Counted from the first letter of the stretch, positions 37,047-47,220 are shown. The stretch is DNA of 64,000 bases from Chrysiogenia bacterium (GCA_043826505.1 JBDRQC010000004.1:7521-71520); one strand, 5' to 3'. Notes: generated by a model from the letters alone, not told the origin. Translations and numbers: made by a program.

Positions 37047-38304
37047 GAAGTCTGGAGATGACCGAACGCACTTTTCCGCTCACGGCTCCGGAAATGGCGG
37101 CAACGACCTCGATATCCATGTGCAGCGGCTCGGTGATCGCCTGGCGAATGCTTTTTCCCGCGTGCAGCGAGGAAAAGGAGCCGGAGCCATCGGGGACAAC
37201 CTTGATCACAAGGCGATCCGGCTTCTCCTGGATCACCTGCCAGTGAGCCACTCCGGGCACTTTCTTCATTACCGCGAAAAAGAACAAGGGGGACAAGACG
37301 CGACCGGAAGGAAGGCGGATCACGGCATCAGATCTTCCTTCAATAATTTTCATAAGTGGCAGGCCCCTCCCGCAAACCGATGGCTGTAAGGATGGAAACC
37401 CGAGGTCTCCAATGTCATAGCGGATGATGGGAAATGCGAAGGAATGCAGATTGGTCACATATATTTTTCGGGGATTGTTGAAACCCGAATGGGAATTAGC
37501 GGGAATAAATTCCACAATGAGATGGTCGATGTTGATATGGCTTTCTCCGCAAACAGAACAAAGCCAGGAGATACAACCGGTTTCGGCCGCTCCGTATAGA
37601 TCTATCAGAGTGGTTTTAAAAACTTCCCGGATCATTTCCCGACAATCATTGTCGACAAGATCGGAGACACCGACCACCCAACGCGGTGAGAAACCGGACA
37701 TTTTATTTTTTCTTATGAATTGCGCCAAGATTTTCAAACTCCCGGAATAGCCCCAAAGGACATCGGGCCGCTCTTTATTCAATAACTCGATCCATCGCTC
37801 TTCGCTTTCAAATATGGAGACCGATTTCCGGCGCCAGAAGCCCAGACGCTGGTACCAACGGGGATGAAGACGGATATTATGCGGACCGGTGATCTCCATG
37901 GTTCTGGCATGGGGCGGAATCCCATGTGCCAGCAAAGGTCGGAGCCAGGTAAGGTTGATGAAGGAATTTTCGCCGGGAAGAAATGGAATACGCAGCGGCG
38001 TCCCGGTGGAACCGCTGGTTGAAACCCATTGACTGCGTTTGGGAATTGATGCCGATTCAAGAATCGCTTTTCGCAGATCCTCCTTCTCAACTACCGGAAA
38101 TCGCTTGATATCTTCACTGGTCCGAATAGCTTCCGGCCTGATGCCGATACCGTCGAAGCGTTTCTTGTAAAAGGGAACATTTTTATAGGCGTGGCGGATC
38201 AGTTTTTGCAATTTTACCTGCTGCAAAGCCTGCAATTCATCCGGTGACTTCCATTGGTTACGGAGCATCCCCCAGAGAGCCAACGCTGTTCCAATATCAG
38301 GCAT
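37039..38304 (-). CDS. PaaK/CapK-type adenylate-forming ligase (coenzyme F390 synthetase-like)
   Basis: LQQVKLQKLIRHAYKNVPFYKKRFDGIGIRPEAIRTSEDIKRFPVVEKEDLR is the typical PaaK/CapK N-terminus, and STSGSTGTPLRIPF is the AMP-binding motif. It overlaps both neighbours by 8 nt. Confidence 0.8.
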   Translation of the reverse strand: MPDIGTALALWGMLRNQWKSPDELQALQQVKLQKLIRHAYKNVPFYKKRFDGIGIRPEAIRTSEDIKRFPVVEKEDLRKAILESASIPKRSQWVSTSGSTGTPLRIPFLPGENSFINLTWLRPLLAHGIPPHARTMEITGPHNIRLHPRWYQRLGFWRRKSVSIFESEERWIELLNKERPDVLWGYSGSLKILAQFIRKNKMSGFSPRWVVGVSDLVDNDCREMIREVFKTTLIDLYGAAETGCISWLCSVCGESHINIDHLIVEFIPANSHSGFNNPRKIYVTNLHSFAFPIIRYDIGDLGFPSLQPSVCGRGLPLMKIIEGRSDAVIRLPSGRVLSPLFFFAVMKKVPGVAHWQVIQEKPDRLVIKVVPDGSGSFSSLHAGKSIRQAITEPLHMDIEVVAAISGAVSGKVRSVISRLHD

Positions 38305-39436
38305 GGGGACGTTCCCGACGACTTTTCGATCGGATTAAAAAAGCCAGATAGCAGAAAAGATCTTTCTCCAATTCAATTCGGTTGAAGGTGTTGGGCGGAC
38401 AGTGCGGACAAGTCTCCGCCAGCAATTCCTTTTTTCGGTAATGCAATTGTTCTGGACCAAAATAGATCCCCAAGGGAGGCCGCTGACGGCAATTTCCGAT
38501 CTCGCGGCTGAATTTGCAATAATACAATTCACCGCGCGAGCCGAGGATAGCGCCGCCCATCCGGTAATGGCAGGAGAGGCGCCGCGGGCTGCCGGATTCA
38601 AGCATGTCCGCCAGGACCTGGTAGCGCAAACGGTGGTGCCGCAGGGCGGGCTCTTCCCTGGACAAGCGCCGGAAAAAGCGGACGACCGATGGTATCTGGT
38701 CCGGGCGCAGGGAAAAGCTGTCTTCTATTTCCCGGTTGTAGAAACGCTCGCGCACTTCCGCCAGCACGAAATTGGCGGGGATATTCTTTGCCCGGCTCCA
38801 GGCCGCCAGTTCCTCGATCATGTTCACGTTCAACGCCGAGATGACGCAGTTGATCGACAGATAAAAACCCTGGACCTTTTGCAGGCGCTGCAGTTGTTCC
38901 AGGGATGAGCGAACTTCATCCCAGGCCCCGGCCCGGCCGGCGATCTCGTCAAAAACCGGGCCGGAGGCATGCAGCGAGATGCTGACGGAAAAAGGGACCT
39001 GCTGCTGGCGGCAACGGCTGGAAACAGCGGCGACCTGGGAGACGCTCCTGGCGGCGGGGATGCCGTTGGAATTTAACGACAGGGATTTCAATCCGGGGAA
39101 ACATTCCAGGACCAGGTCGATGATCTCGGCGAGGTCCGGGCGCAGGTGAGGCTCGCCGCCGTTGATATTGATATACTCGAGGTGTGCAAACAGCGGATCG
39201 GCAAAAATCGCCGACATTTCAGTCAGCGACAATTCAGGACTCTGGTTTTCGGAGTCGAACTTCCAGATGCCGCAGGTCCGGCAGTGCAGGTTGCATTTAT
39301 AGGTGACATAAAAACAGAGAGCCCGGGGGCGCGGCACGATCCCCAGCAACGCCTCGCCGTTGGTTCGGATCGAGTTCCATGCGCTATGGATCAAAGAGTC
39401 CGGATTCCGGCGTATCGGGTGATCCGCTTTATTCAT
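38297..39436 (-). CDS. Radical SAM enzyme with Cys-rich C-terminal (SPASM/twitch-like) extension
   Basis: The CxxxCxxC cluster motif is YKCNLHCRTCGIW, followed by the GGEP motif NINGGEPHL. C-terminal cysteines occur in CHYRMGG...YYCKF...GNC...CPHCPPN. Confidence 0.8.
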   Translation of the reverse strand: MNKADHPIRRNPDSLIHSAWNSIRTNGEALLGIVPRPRALCFYVTYKCNLHCRTCGIWKFDSENQSPELSLTEMSAIFADPLFAHLEYININGGEPHLRPDLAEIIDLVLECFPGLKSLSLNSNGIPAARSVSQVAAVSSRCRQQQVPFSVSISLHASGPVFDEIAGRAGAWDEVRSSLEQLQRLQKVQGFYLSINCVISALNVNMIEELAAWSRAKNIPANFVLAEVRERFYNREIEDSFSLRPDQIPSVVRFFRRLSREEPALRHHRLRYQVLADMLESGSPRRLSCHYRMGGAILGSRGELYYCKFSREIGNCRQRPPLGIYFGPEQLHYRKKELLAETCPHCPPNTFNRIELEKDLFCYLAFLIRSKSRRERPHA

Positions 39437-40955
39437 CGTAGATGCCGGCCAACATTCTCCTGAGGCCGAGCTGGCGCAGAATCAGCAGGAAAAAGCGCGG
39501 GGCCAGGTAATCGAGGGGCAAGGAAAAAAATCGGTTCCGCCAGCGCCAGCGCGCCAGGCGCTGCAGTATTTTGACGAGCAGGGGAAAGCGCAGGCTGCCG
39601 GATACCTGGCGCATGGCCATGGATCGGTAGTAGCCGACATAACGGGCGCGCGGATCGGCGTAGCGGGGAAGGGGCTGGGAGGGACCCCAGGGGATCGCCC
39701 AATCCTGGATGGACGCGGGCGGGATGAATCCGCCCTTGACCGCCTCTTCGAACATGGGTGTTCCGGGGTAGGGGAAATAAAAGGCCGGGCCAGCCGCGAC
39801 CGTCACGTTCTGCTTTTCCATCTCGTCAATGATGTCGAAAGTCTTCAGAGTTTCGCTCCAGCGCTCGCCGGGGACGCCGATCATGAATCCCATCATCACG
39901 TTGATGTCGTGCCGACGGCACAGCTCGACCGAGCGGAGGATATGCTCGCGGCGGATGTCCTTCTGCATGATGTCCAGGGTCTCCTGGGACCCCGATTCGG
40001 CACCGATGCGGATTTCGGCGCATCCCAACTCCTTGAGCTCGCGGACGAAATCCTCACCCCAGCGGGCCAGGTAATCGGCTCTGATGGAGGAAGACCAGGG
40101 GGCGCCCAACCGGCGCAGGATGGCCAGGGCGCGCTGACGGTCAGTGAAAAGACAGTCGTCTTCGAAGATGATGCCGGTCACTCCGTGATTCTTTTTTAAT
40201 TGATTGATGTGCTCGACTACAAAATCGACGGAATGGGTACGAAAGGTACGCCTGTTGATGAATTGGTTGAAGCAGTACCCGCAGCGTCCCGGGCAGCCGC
40301 GGCTGGTCATGACGGTCGCGATCTTCAACCCACTCATCTTCGATCCCAGCGCCGTGTATATGTATTTCCCCTCGGACAGATAGCGTTCACTCTCCAGGAG
40401 ATGCCAAGCGGGCGAGAACGCGTCCAGGTCCTGGATGAAAGGCGGCATGTCATTGACCCGGATCCGTCCCCCGTCCCGGTAGGCTACGCCCGGGATAACG
40501 GCCAGCCCCTGCGCATCGATCCCCCCGGAAGCGATCAAGTCGGCCAGGCGCACAACCGTCTCCTCGCCCTCGCCGCACACGGCCAGGTCGATGGTCTCTT
40601 CTTTCAGGGTCTGTTCAGGCAGCATGGTGGAATGAAGACCGCCCCAGATCATCGGGATGGAGGATTGTTTCTTTATTTTCCTGGTCAGACGCAGTGATGG
40701 GAGCAATGAAGGTCCGGTGAAAGTGGAGACGCCGACGAACAGGGGATCGGCGGCGAGTATCTCTTCGACGATTTTTTTCTCATTGACCGGGTTGAATCGT
40801 TCATGGATCAGTCGGACGCGATACCCTTGCTTCTCCAAGGCGCCACCCAGGTACATAATCCCCAGCGGCGGGGCCATGACAAAATTATCCCGCTCGGTCT
40901 CCGGCTTGATCAGAAATATCGGCCTTTGTTGCAGCTCCTTTTCGTTTACTTCCAT
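39429..40955 (-). CDS. B12-binding-domain radical SAM enzyme
   Basis: An N-terminal Rossmann-like cobalamin-binding region (IFLIKPE...GIMYLGGALEKQGYRVRLI...VGVSTFTG) is followed by the radical SAM motif TSRGCPGRCGYCFN. SD AGGGGA lies 7 nt before ATG 40955. Confidence 0.8.
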   Translation of the reverse strand: MEVNEKELQQRPIFLIKPETERDNFVMAPPLGIMYLGGALEKQGYRVRLIHERFNPVNEKKIVEEILAADPLFVGVSTFTGPSLLPSLRLTRKIKKQSSIPMIWGGLHSTMLPEQTLKEETIDLAVCGEGEETVVRLADLIASGGIDAQGLAVIPGVAYRDGGRIRVNDMPPFIQDLDAFSPAWHLLESERYLSEGKYIYTALGSKMSGLKIATVMTSRGCPGRCGYCFNQFINRRTFRTHSVDFVVEHINQLKKNHGVTGIIFEDDCLFTDRQRALAILRRLGAPWSSSIRADYLARWGEDFVRELKELGCAEIRIGAESGSQETLDIMQKDIRREHILRSVELCRRHDINVMMGFMIGVPGERWSETLKTFDIIDEMEKQNVTVAAGPAFYFPYPGTPMFEEAVKGGFIPPASIQDWAIPWGPSQPLPRYADPRARYVGYYRSMAMRQVSGSLRFPLLVKILQRLARWRWRNRFFSLPLDYLAPRFFLLILRQLGLRRMLAGIYDE

Positions 40956-41079
40956 TTACAATTCCCCTATATCTAAAATCCCTTATCTCCTGCGCTATAA
41001 TACTGGACAATTGTTTTCAACGTTTGAGCCATTCGTTCATTATAGCAAAAAAAGGAAAAAAAACATTCAAGCCTTGTTT

Positions 41080-41850
41080 TTAGATGCTTTCACTTTTTTC
41101 AAATGACCAGGCGCCGATGACAACCGACAGCAGGGCGCATCCGGATAGGATCCCTAGGTTAAGCAACAGCGGCAGTTCCGATTTTCCCAGCAGCGCTGCG
41201 CGCAACCCATCCACCCCGTAGGTCAAGGGATCGAAGCGGGAGATGAACCGCACCCAGGCGGGAAAACTGTTCAGGGGGAAAAGTGCTCCCGAGAGAAAGA
41301 AAAGGGGGAAAATGACGAAATTCATGATCAAGGTGAACCCATGTATGTCGCGCATCCTGGAGGCGAAGGCCAGTCCCAGTCCAATGAATGTGATGGAAAT
41401 CAGGATCATAAAAAACAATCCCGGAATAAGCATGATCCATTTCTGGGGGCGGAAACCCAGAAGGATCGAAATTGTTAATATTGCCAGAGCCTGGAAAAGT
41501 GAGGTGGTGATGCCGCCGGCGATACGGCCGAGTACAATGGAGACACGGCTGACCGGGGCCACCATGATCTCCTTCAAAAAACCGGATTCCCGGTCCCAGA
41601 TGACGGAGAGCCCGGCAAAAGTCGAAGAAAAGAGGATGCTCATGCCCAGGATGCCAGGTGTGAGAAAAGTGAAATAGGCCATGCCCGACGGCACGCCGGG
41701 AATACTGGATTGCTTGAAGCCCATGCCCAAAAAGGCCAGGAAAAAAAGCGGCATCAACAGGGTGCCTGTGAGCCTGGATTTTGACCGCAGCAGGCGTTTG
41801 AGTTCGCGAAGCCACAACACATAGATGGCAATGCCCTGGATGGTTTTCAT
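41080..41850 (-). CDS. ABC-2 type exporter permease
   Basis: 256 aa with 6 TM helices. The N-terminus YVLWLRELKRLLRSKSRLTGTLLMPLFFL is ABC-2-typical, and the gene sits downstream of the cognate ATPase. Confidence 0.8.
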   Translation of the reverse strand: MKTIQGIAIYVLWLRELKRLLRSKSRLTGTLLMPLFFLAFLGMGFKQSSIPGVPSGMAYFTFLTPGILGMSILFSSTFAGLSVIWDRESGFLKEIMVAPVSRVSIVLGRIAGGITTSLFQALAILTISILLGFRPQKWIMLIPGLFFMILISITFIGLGLAFASRMRDIHGFTLIMNFVIFPLFFLSGALFPLNSFPAWVRFISRFDPLTYGVDGLRAALLGKSELPLLLNLGILSGCALLSVVIGAWSFEKSESI

Positions 41851-41904
41851 GGCTTACCTGCCTCCTTTGTAACGCACAAAATGAAACCGGGGTTCATGAA
41901 CCGT

Positions 41905-42846
41905 TCACTTTTCACGGATAATGCGGCCGGTAAAATTGAGAAAAACATCTTCCAAGCTGGGTTTGCGCAGGTTGACCGAATGGACGTTGGTGCCGGTTTG
42001 CAGGGCGAGGTTCATCAATTCGGGGATCCGTTTGTCTCCCTGTTCCATGGTCAGGCTCAGCTGCCCATTGTGCTGTTTGATCGCCTTGATCCAATCCGTT
42101 TTTTTTAGAATATCCACAAGGACCCCTCCCCCATCCGGGATTTCCAGGTGGACCATGTCTCCGCCTAAAATATCCTTCAAGCGTGCGGGGGTGTCGAGGG
42201 CGACGATTTTTCCCCGGTCGATGATGGCCACGCGGTCACACAGGTAGTCGGCCTCTTCCATGTAGTGGGTGGTGAGAATGATCGTGACCTTCTTTTCCCG
42301 GTTGAACTTGCGGATGTAATCCCAGATGTGCCGCCGGGTCTGGGCGTCCAACCCCAGCGTTGGCTCGTCCAGAAAGAGGACCTTGGGGTACTGGATCAGG
42401 CCGCGGGCAATTTCCAGCCTGCGCTTCATGCCCCCGGAATATTTTCCCGTCAGCAATTCAGCCTTATCCTGGAGGTCAACCAACTCCAACACATGATTGA
42501 TCCTTTGCCGCCGTTCCGGGTTGGAAAGGCCGTACATCATTGCATGAAACTGCAGGTTTTCCCTTCCGGTCAACCTCACGTCCAGGGCCGGTTCCTGGAA
42601 AACGATGCCGATCTGCCGGCGCAGAGCATCGCGGTCTCCGGCCACGGAGATGCCGGCAACTTCGGCGTATCCCGAGGTGGGACGCAGCAAGGTGGCAAGG
42701 ATATTGATGGTGGTGGTTTTCCCGGCGCCGTTGGGTCCCAGGATGCCGAACAATTCGCCCTCAGGGATAGCAAAACTGACGTGGTCAACGGCAACGGTTT
42801 TCTCGTAGCGCTTGACCAAATTCTCAACTTTAATGGCGGTCTTCAT
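41905..42846 (-). CDS. ABC transporter ATP-binding protein (DrrA/NatA-like, with C-terminal accessory domain)
   Basis: Walker A is GPNGAGKTT, the signature is YSGGMKRRLEIA, and Walker B is VLFLDEPTLGLD. About 90 aa of C-terminal extension end in LEDVFLNFTG. Confidence 0.9.
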   Translation of the reverse strand: MKTAIKVENLVKRYEKTVAVDHVSFAIPEGELFGILGPNGAGKTTTINILATLLRPTSGYAEVAGISVAGDRDALRRQIGIVFQEPALDVRLTGRENLQFHAMMYGLSNPERRQRINHVLELVDLQDKAELLTGKYSGGMKRRLEIARGLIQYPKVLFLDEPTLGLDAQTRRHIWDYIRKFNREKKVTIILTTHYMEEADYLCDRVAIIDRGKIVALDTPARLKDILGGDMVHLEIPDGGGVLVDILKKTDWIKAIKQHNGQLSLTMEQGDKRIPELMNLALQTGTNVHSVNLRKPSLEDVFLNFTGRIIREK

Positions 42847-42959
42847 TGGATTTTATGGTAGCACATACCCGGGATCGGAACAAGGGCATGGATACGTAAA
42901 CCTGTATGCCCGGCAATACGTATCAAGATTCGTTCGGCCATCATTATGGAGACATCTAC

Positions 42960-45206
42960 ATGAAACAAAGAAAGGCCATGCTCATGCTGTTGGCTCTCTG
43001 GACCGCCGCCTTGGGCCTGAACGCCCAGGAAAAACAGCCGCTTGCAAAGGCGGCACAATTCGAAATTTCCCCGGCCGCGGGCAAGATCAAGATCGACGGC
43101 ATCCTGGACGAGGAAGCATGGAAGAACTGCGTGCCGATCAAACTGGCGACCGAATGGACCCCGGGCGAAAACACCCCGGCGCCGGTGGACACCGACTGCC
43201 TGGTGACCTACGACCGCAACCATATCTATCTCGCTTTCCGCTGCCACGATCCCGAACCGCAAAAGATCCGTGCCCACCTGATGGACCGCGACGCCCTTGA
43301 AACATTCGTTCAGGACGATCACGTCAGCTTCATGCTGGATACTTTCAACGACGAGCGGCGCGCTTTCCAGTTCCGCGTCAACCCGCTGGGGGTCCAGGCC
43401 GATGCCAACTTCAGCGAGCAGGAAGGCTACGAGGATTTCTCCTGGGACGCCATCTGGAGTTCGGCCGGCAGGATCACCGCCGACGGCTATAACGTGGAGA
43501 TCGCCATCCCCTTCCACCAGCTGCGCTTCAAGAAATCAAAGGGAAAACAGACCTGGGGCTTCTCAGCCGGGCGCTCCTGGCCGCGCACCGATCGCCATCG
43601 CATGGAGTCGCATCTCCGCGACCGTAACCGCAACTGCATCCTATGCCAGTTCAACAAGATCAGCGGCCTGGAAGATATTTCTCCGGGCAGCAACATCGAG
43701 TTCGACCCCACCATCACTGTCCAGCGCAGCGACAATCGCAAGGATTTTCCGGACGGCGACTTGGAGGCAGGCAAGGTCAAGGTTGAGCCCGGGTTGACCG
43801 CCAAGTGGGGCATCACCCCCAACCTGATCCTCAACGCCACCCTCAACCCCGATTTTTCGCAGATCGAGGCCGACGCCGCCCAGCTCGACGTCAATACACG
43901 CTACGCCCTGTATTACTCGGAAAAACGGCCATTCTTCCTGGAAGGGGCCGACATCTTCCTGACCCCCATCGAAGCGGTCTTCACCCGCACCGTGGCCAAT
44001 CCCCTCTGGGGCGGCAAGATGACGGGCAAGATCGGCAAGGGCGCCCTGGGCTACTTCGTTGCCCAGGACCGCATCAACAACCTGATCATCCCCTCCAACC
44101 AGGGATCGGAAGCTGTCAGCCTGGATGAGGACGTTTTCGGCGGCGTGTTCCGCTACCGCCACGACATCGGCAACTCCTCGACCCTGGGCGTCCTCTACAC
44201 CGGCCGCAGCGGTGGCGATTACTACAATCATGTCGGCGGCATCGACGGTTTTTTCCGTTTCGGAAAAAAAGACAGCATCCGCTTCCAATACTTGCGCTCG
44301 CAGACCCGCTACCCGGAAGCAACGGCCGCATCCTTCAGCCAGAAGACCGGAGCTTTCCCGGGCGATGCCCTCTACGCCGAATACATGCACCAGACCCGCA
44401 ATTGGTTCTATTACGGCTCATACAGCGACAAGGGAACCGGCTTCCGCGCCGATGCCGGGTTCGTCAACCGCGTCGATACGCGCATGCTTGATTCGCAGTT
44501 CAATTATATTTTCTGGGGCAAACCCGGCGGCTGGTTCAACCGCATCGACTTCTGGTTGCGCGCCTACCGCATCAGCGACCATGAGGGGCAGTTGACCGAC
44601 TCGCGAGTGGCGCTGGGCGGCACCTATCAGGGGCCACTGCAAAGTGCCATTACAGTGATCGGCCGAGCCAACCGGGAATTCTACGCTGGCACCCTGTACA
44701 ACATCGACGACGTATACGCCGAGGCATTCCTGAAGCCGCTCAACGGCCTCAGCCTTGGGATCTACACCAACCCGGGCAACGTCGTCGACTACGCCAATAA
44801 CCGCCCGGCCCGCCGCCTCCTGCTCGGCCCCTTCCTGGACGCCAGCCTTGGCCGTCACCTCAATCTCAACCTGAACCACAGCCTGGAGCGTCTTGCCAGC
44901 GACGGGCAGCGCACCTACACCGCCAACCTGCTGCAAGCCAGGCTTATCTACAATTTCAGCGTCCGTGCCTTCGCGCGCGTCCTTCTGCAGTACCGTGACG
45001 TGGACCGTGATCCGGCCCGCTATTCCTTTGCTGTCGACAGCCGTTCGCACGGCCTGTTCGGCCAATTGCTTTTTTCCTATAAGCTCAATGCCAAGACCGT
45101 CCTCTTCCTGGGTTATGCCGACCAGCTGCGGGGCAACCAGGACGTGGACCTGACCCGATCCGACCGCACTTTCTTCCTTAAAATAGGTTATGCCCTGGGA
45201 ATTTAA
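42960..45206 (+). CDS. CBM9-like / DUF5916-type protein, predicted outer-membrane beta-barrel (paralog 1)
   Basis: ATG 42960 lies behind GGAG. The signal peptide is MKQRKAMLMLLALWTAALGLNA. The N-terminal segment KIDGILDEEAWKNC...HIYLAFRCHDPEP is CBM9-like, then a long beta-patterned C-terminal part ends in FFLKIGYALGI. Confidence 0.7.
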   Translation: MKQRKAMLMLLALWTAALGLNAQEKQPLAKAAQFEISPAAGKIKIDGILDEEAWKNCVPIKLATEWTPGENTPAPVDTDCLVTYDRNHIYLAFRCHDPEPQKIRAHLMDRDALETFVQDDHVSFMLDTFNDERRAFQFRVNPLGVQADANFSEQEGYEDFSWDAIWSSAGRITADGYNVEIAIPFHQLRFKKSKGKQTWGFSAGRSWPRTDRHRMESHLRDRNRNCILCQFNKISGLEDISPGSNIEFDPTITVQRSDNRKDFPDGDLEAGKVKVEPGLTAKWGITPNLILNATLNPDFSQIEADAAQLDVNTRYALYYSEKRPFFLEGADIFLTPIEAVFTRTVANPLWGGKMTGKIGKGALGYFVAQDRINNLIIPSNQGSEAVSLDEDVFGGVFRYRHDIGNSSTLGVLYTGRSGGDYYNHVGGIDGFFRFGKKDSIRFQYLRSQTRYPEATAASFSQKTGAFPGDALYAEYMHQTRNWFYYGSYSDKGTGFRADAGFVNRVDTRMLDSQFNYIFWGKPGGWFNRIDFWLRAYRISDHEGQLTDSRVALGGTYQGPLQSAITVIGRANREFYAGTLYNIDDVYAEAFLKPLNGLSLGIYTNPGNVVDYANNRPARRLLLGPFLDASLGRHLNLNLNHSLERLASDGQRTYTANLLQARLIYNFSVRAFARVLLQYRDVDRDPARYSFAVDSRSHGLFGQLLFSYKLNAKTVLFLGYADQLRGNQDVDLTRSDRTFFLKIGYALGI

Positions 45207-45267
45207 ACTGAAAAAACCAAGTGCTGTTTTTTTTCGTATGCAATCCTTACTTCTAATTTAAGGAGAT

Positions 45268-47205
45268 ATGTCCATGAGCAAGATCAATGCTTTTGTTTTT
45301 TTTACACTGGGCGGTTTGTTGCTGCTGCCGCTGCTGGCTTCTGCCCAGAATAAAAAAGCGGAAAAAGCAATTCCCGATTATTCAATGAACGAGCGCAAGG
45401 ACGTCCCGGTTGAGTACACATGGAAGATCGAAGACCTATTTGCTTCGGTCGCCGACTGGCAGGCCGAAAAAGAAAGCATGGTCAAACTGATCGAGGGGCT
45501 CGAAACGGCGGCCAAGAACTGGACCGCTGCGCCGGCCTCCATGCTGGCCCTGCTCGATCTGATCAACGGCATCGAACTTAAAGGGAGCCGGCTGATGTCA
45601 TACGCCAGCCACCAGGGCAATACCGACCTGGGCAACACGCAATTCCAGGCCATGGAAGGCGAGATCCGCACCATTTTCGTGCAGATGAATTCCAAGCTTG
45701 CTTTCCTGCAGCCCGATGTCCTGGCCCTGGGTTCTGAAAAATTCGCCGCTTATCTCCAGGCCGAGCCAAAACTAAGCGAATACCGCTTCGGAATCGAAAG
45801 CATCCTGCGCGAGAAAGAGCACGTTCTGCCCGGGGACCAGCAGCGCATCGCCTCGCTCACCGGGCTTTTCGCCGGCGTTCCCGGCCGCGCCTCAGGCATG
45901 CTCAACGATGTGGAAGCCCCGAGCACCGAGGTCACCTTGAGCGACGGCACTAAAGTGACTCTGAACCAGGCGGCCTATGTGCGCCTGCGGGCATCCAAGA
46001 ACGCCGCCGACCGCACCCTGGTCATGAAGTCCTTCTGGGAAAACCAGAAAAAATTCCAGAATACGCTGGCCATCCTGCAGGACGGCGCCATCAAGCGGCA
46101 TTTCTTCAACGCCAAGATCCGCAACTACCCCGATTGCCTTGCCGCCCGCCTGTTCGGCGAGGATATTTCGCCCGATGTCTACCAGCAGCTGATCCGCTCG
46201 GTTCATGAATACCTGCCGGCCCTGCAGCGCTACCTGGCCCTGAAGCAGAAGATGCTCGGCCTGCCCCGCTTCCGCTATGAAGACGTCTACGCCTCGGCGG
46301 TACAGGCCGTGGACAAGACCTTCACCTTTGCCGAGGCGCGCAAGATCATCGAGGCTGCGCTCAAGCCCCTGGGCAAGGATTACGCCGCCGTACTGCAGCA
46401 TGCCTTTGACAACCGCTGGATGGATATCTATCCCAACAAAGGCAAGGAGAGCGGCGCCTATTCTGGCGGCGTCTACGGCGTGCACCCTTACATCAAGCTC
46501 AACTACAACGGCGACTACGATGCGGTTTCCACCCTGGCCCACGAACTTGGCCATGCCGTGCATTCACATTTTTCCGACAGTACCCAGCCTTACGCCACCT
46601 CCAACTACGCCACCTTCCTGGCCGAGATCGCCTCGACCTTCAACGAGCACCTGCTGATGCATTACCTGCTGAAAAACGAAAAAGACGACCTGTTCAAACT
46701 GTATATCCTGGACAACTACCTGGACGGCTTCCGCGGCACCCTGTTCCGCCAGACCCTGTTCGCCGAATTCGAGCTGGCCATGCACGCCAGGGTGGAAGCC
46801 GGGCAGACCCTGACCGCCGACTGGCTGAACCAGAAATATTTGCAGCTGACCCGTGAGTATTACGGCCATGAAAAAGGCATCTGCCAGGTGGACGACTACA
46901 TCCAGGTCGAATGGAGCCGCATCCCCCACTTCTACCTGAACTATTACGTTTTCCAGTACAGCACCGGGCTCATCGCCTCCATGGCCCTGAGCGATACCGT
47001 GCTCAAAGGGGACATGAAGGTCCAGGCCGGCTACCTGGATGTTCTGAAGGCAGGCGGCAGCGATTATCCGCTGTCGATCCTGAAAAAAACCGGCGTGGAC
47101 ATGACCCGTCCCGAACCTTACACCGCGGCCCTGAAGCGCTTCGACCAGCTGGTCGGTGAAATGGAAAAGATCGTGGCCAAGCTGAAAAAACAGAAAAAAT
47201 TCTGA
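45268..47205 (+). CDS. pepF: Exported M3B oligoendopeptidase F-like metallopeptidase
   Basis: SD AGGAG lies at 45261-45265, and ATG 45274 is an alternative start. The signal peptide is SKINAFVFFTLGGLLLLPLLASA. It has the zinc motif HELGHAVHSHF and a length typical of PepF. Confidence 0.85.
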   Translation: MSMSKINAFVFFTLGGLLLLPLLASAQNKKAEKAIPDYSMNERKDVPVEYTWKIEDLFASVADWQAEKESMVKLIEGLETAAKNWTAAPASMLALLDLINGIELKGSRLMSYASHQGNTDLGNTQFQAMEGEIRTIFVQMNSKLAFLQPDVLALGSEKFAAYLQAEPKLSEYRFGIESILREKEHVLPGDQQRIASLTGLFAGVPGRASGMLNDVEAPSTEVTLSDGTKVTLNQAAYVRLRASKNAADRTLVMKSFWENQKKFQNTLAILQDGAIKRHFFNAKIRNYPDCLAARLFGEDISPDVYQQLIRSVHEYLPALQRYLALKQKMLGLPRFRYEDVYASAVQAVDKTFTFAEARKIIEAALKPLGKDYAAVLQHAFDNRWMDIYPNKGKESGAYSGGVYGVHPYIKLNYNGDYDAVSTLAHELGHAVHSHFSDSTQPYATSNYATFLAEIASTFNEHLLMHYLLKNEKDDLFKLYILDNYLDGFRGTLFRQTLFAEFELAMHARVEAGQTLTADWLNQKYLQLTREYYGHEKGICQVDDYIQVEWSRIPHFYLNYYVFQYSTGLIASMALSDTVLKGDMKVQAGYLDVLKAGGSDYPLSILKKTGVDMTRPEPYTAALKRFDQLVGEMEKIVAKLKKQKKF

Positions 47206-47220
47206 TCCCTCCCCCCCATA

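Noticed and set aside
40973-41032. 19-aa ORF (MAQTLKTIVQYYSAGDKGF) directly upstream of the B12-radical SAM gene, as a possible RiPP precursor
   Set aside because: It has no ribosome-binding site and sits inside the AT-rich promoter-like region. The surrounding genes (pyruvyl transferase, glycosyltransferases) fit polysaccharide tailoring better than peptide maturation. A second 7-aa ORF there is equally unconvincing.
41080-42846. ABC-2 permease/ATPase pair as the Wzm/Wzt polysaccharide exporter of the adjacent locus
   Set aside because: The locus already encodes Wzx and Wzy-type proteins. The ATPase-first order and the DrrA/NatA-like C-terminal accessory domain differ from what I recall for Wzt. 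A 125-nt promoter-like gap separates the pair from the rSAM genes. The substrate is left open.
45207-45267. A-run/T-run motif (GAAAAAAC-CAAGTGCT-GTTTTTTTT) after DUF5916 paralog 1 as a terminator
   Set aside because: The stem would consist only of A-U pairs with no GC core. pepF follows within 60 nt and has its own SD, so co-transcription is more likely.
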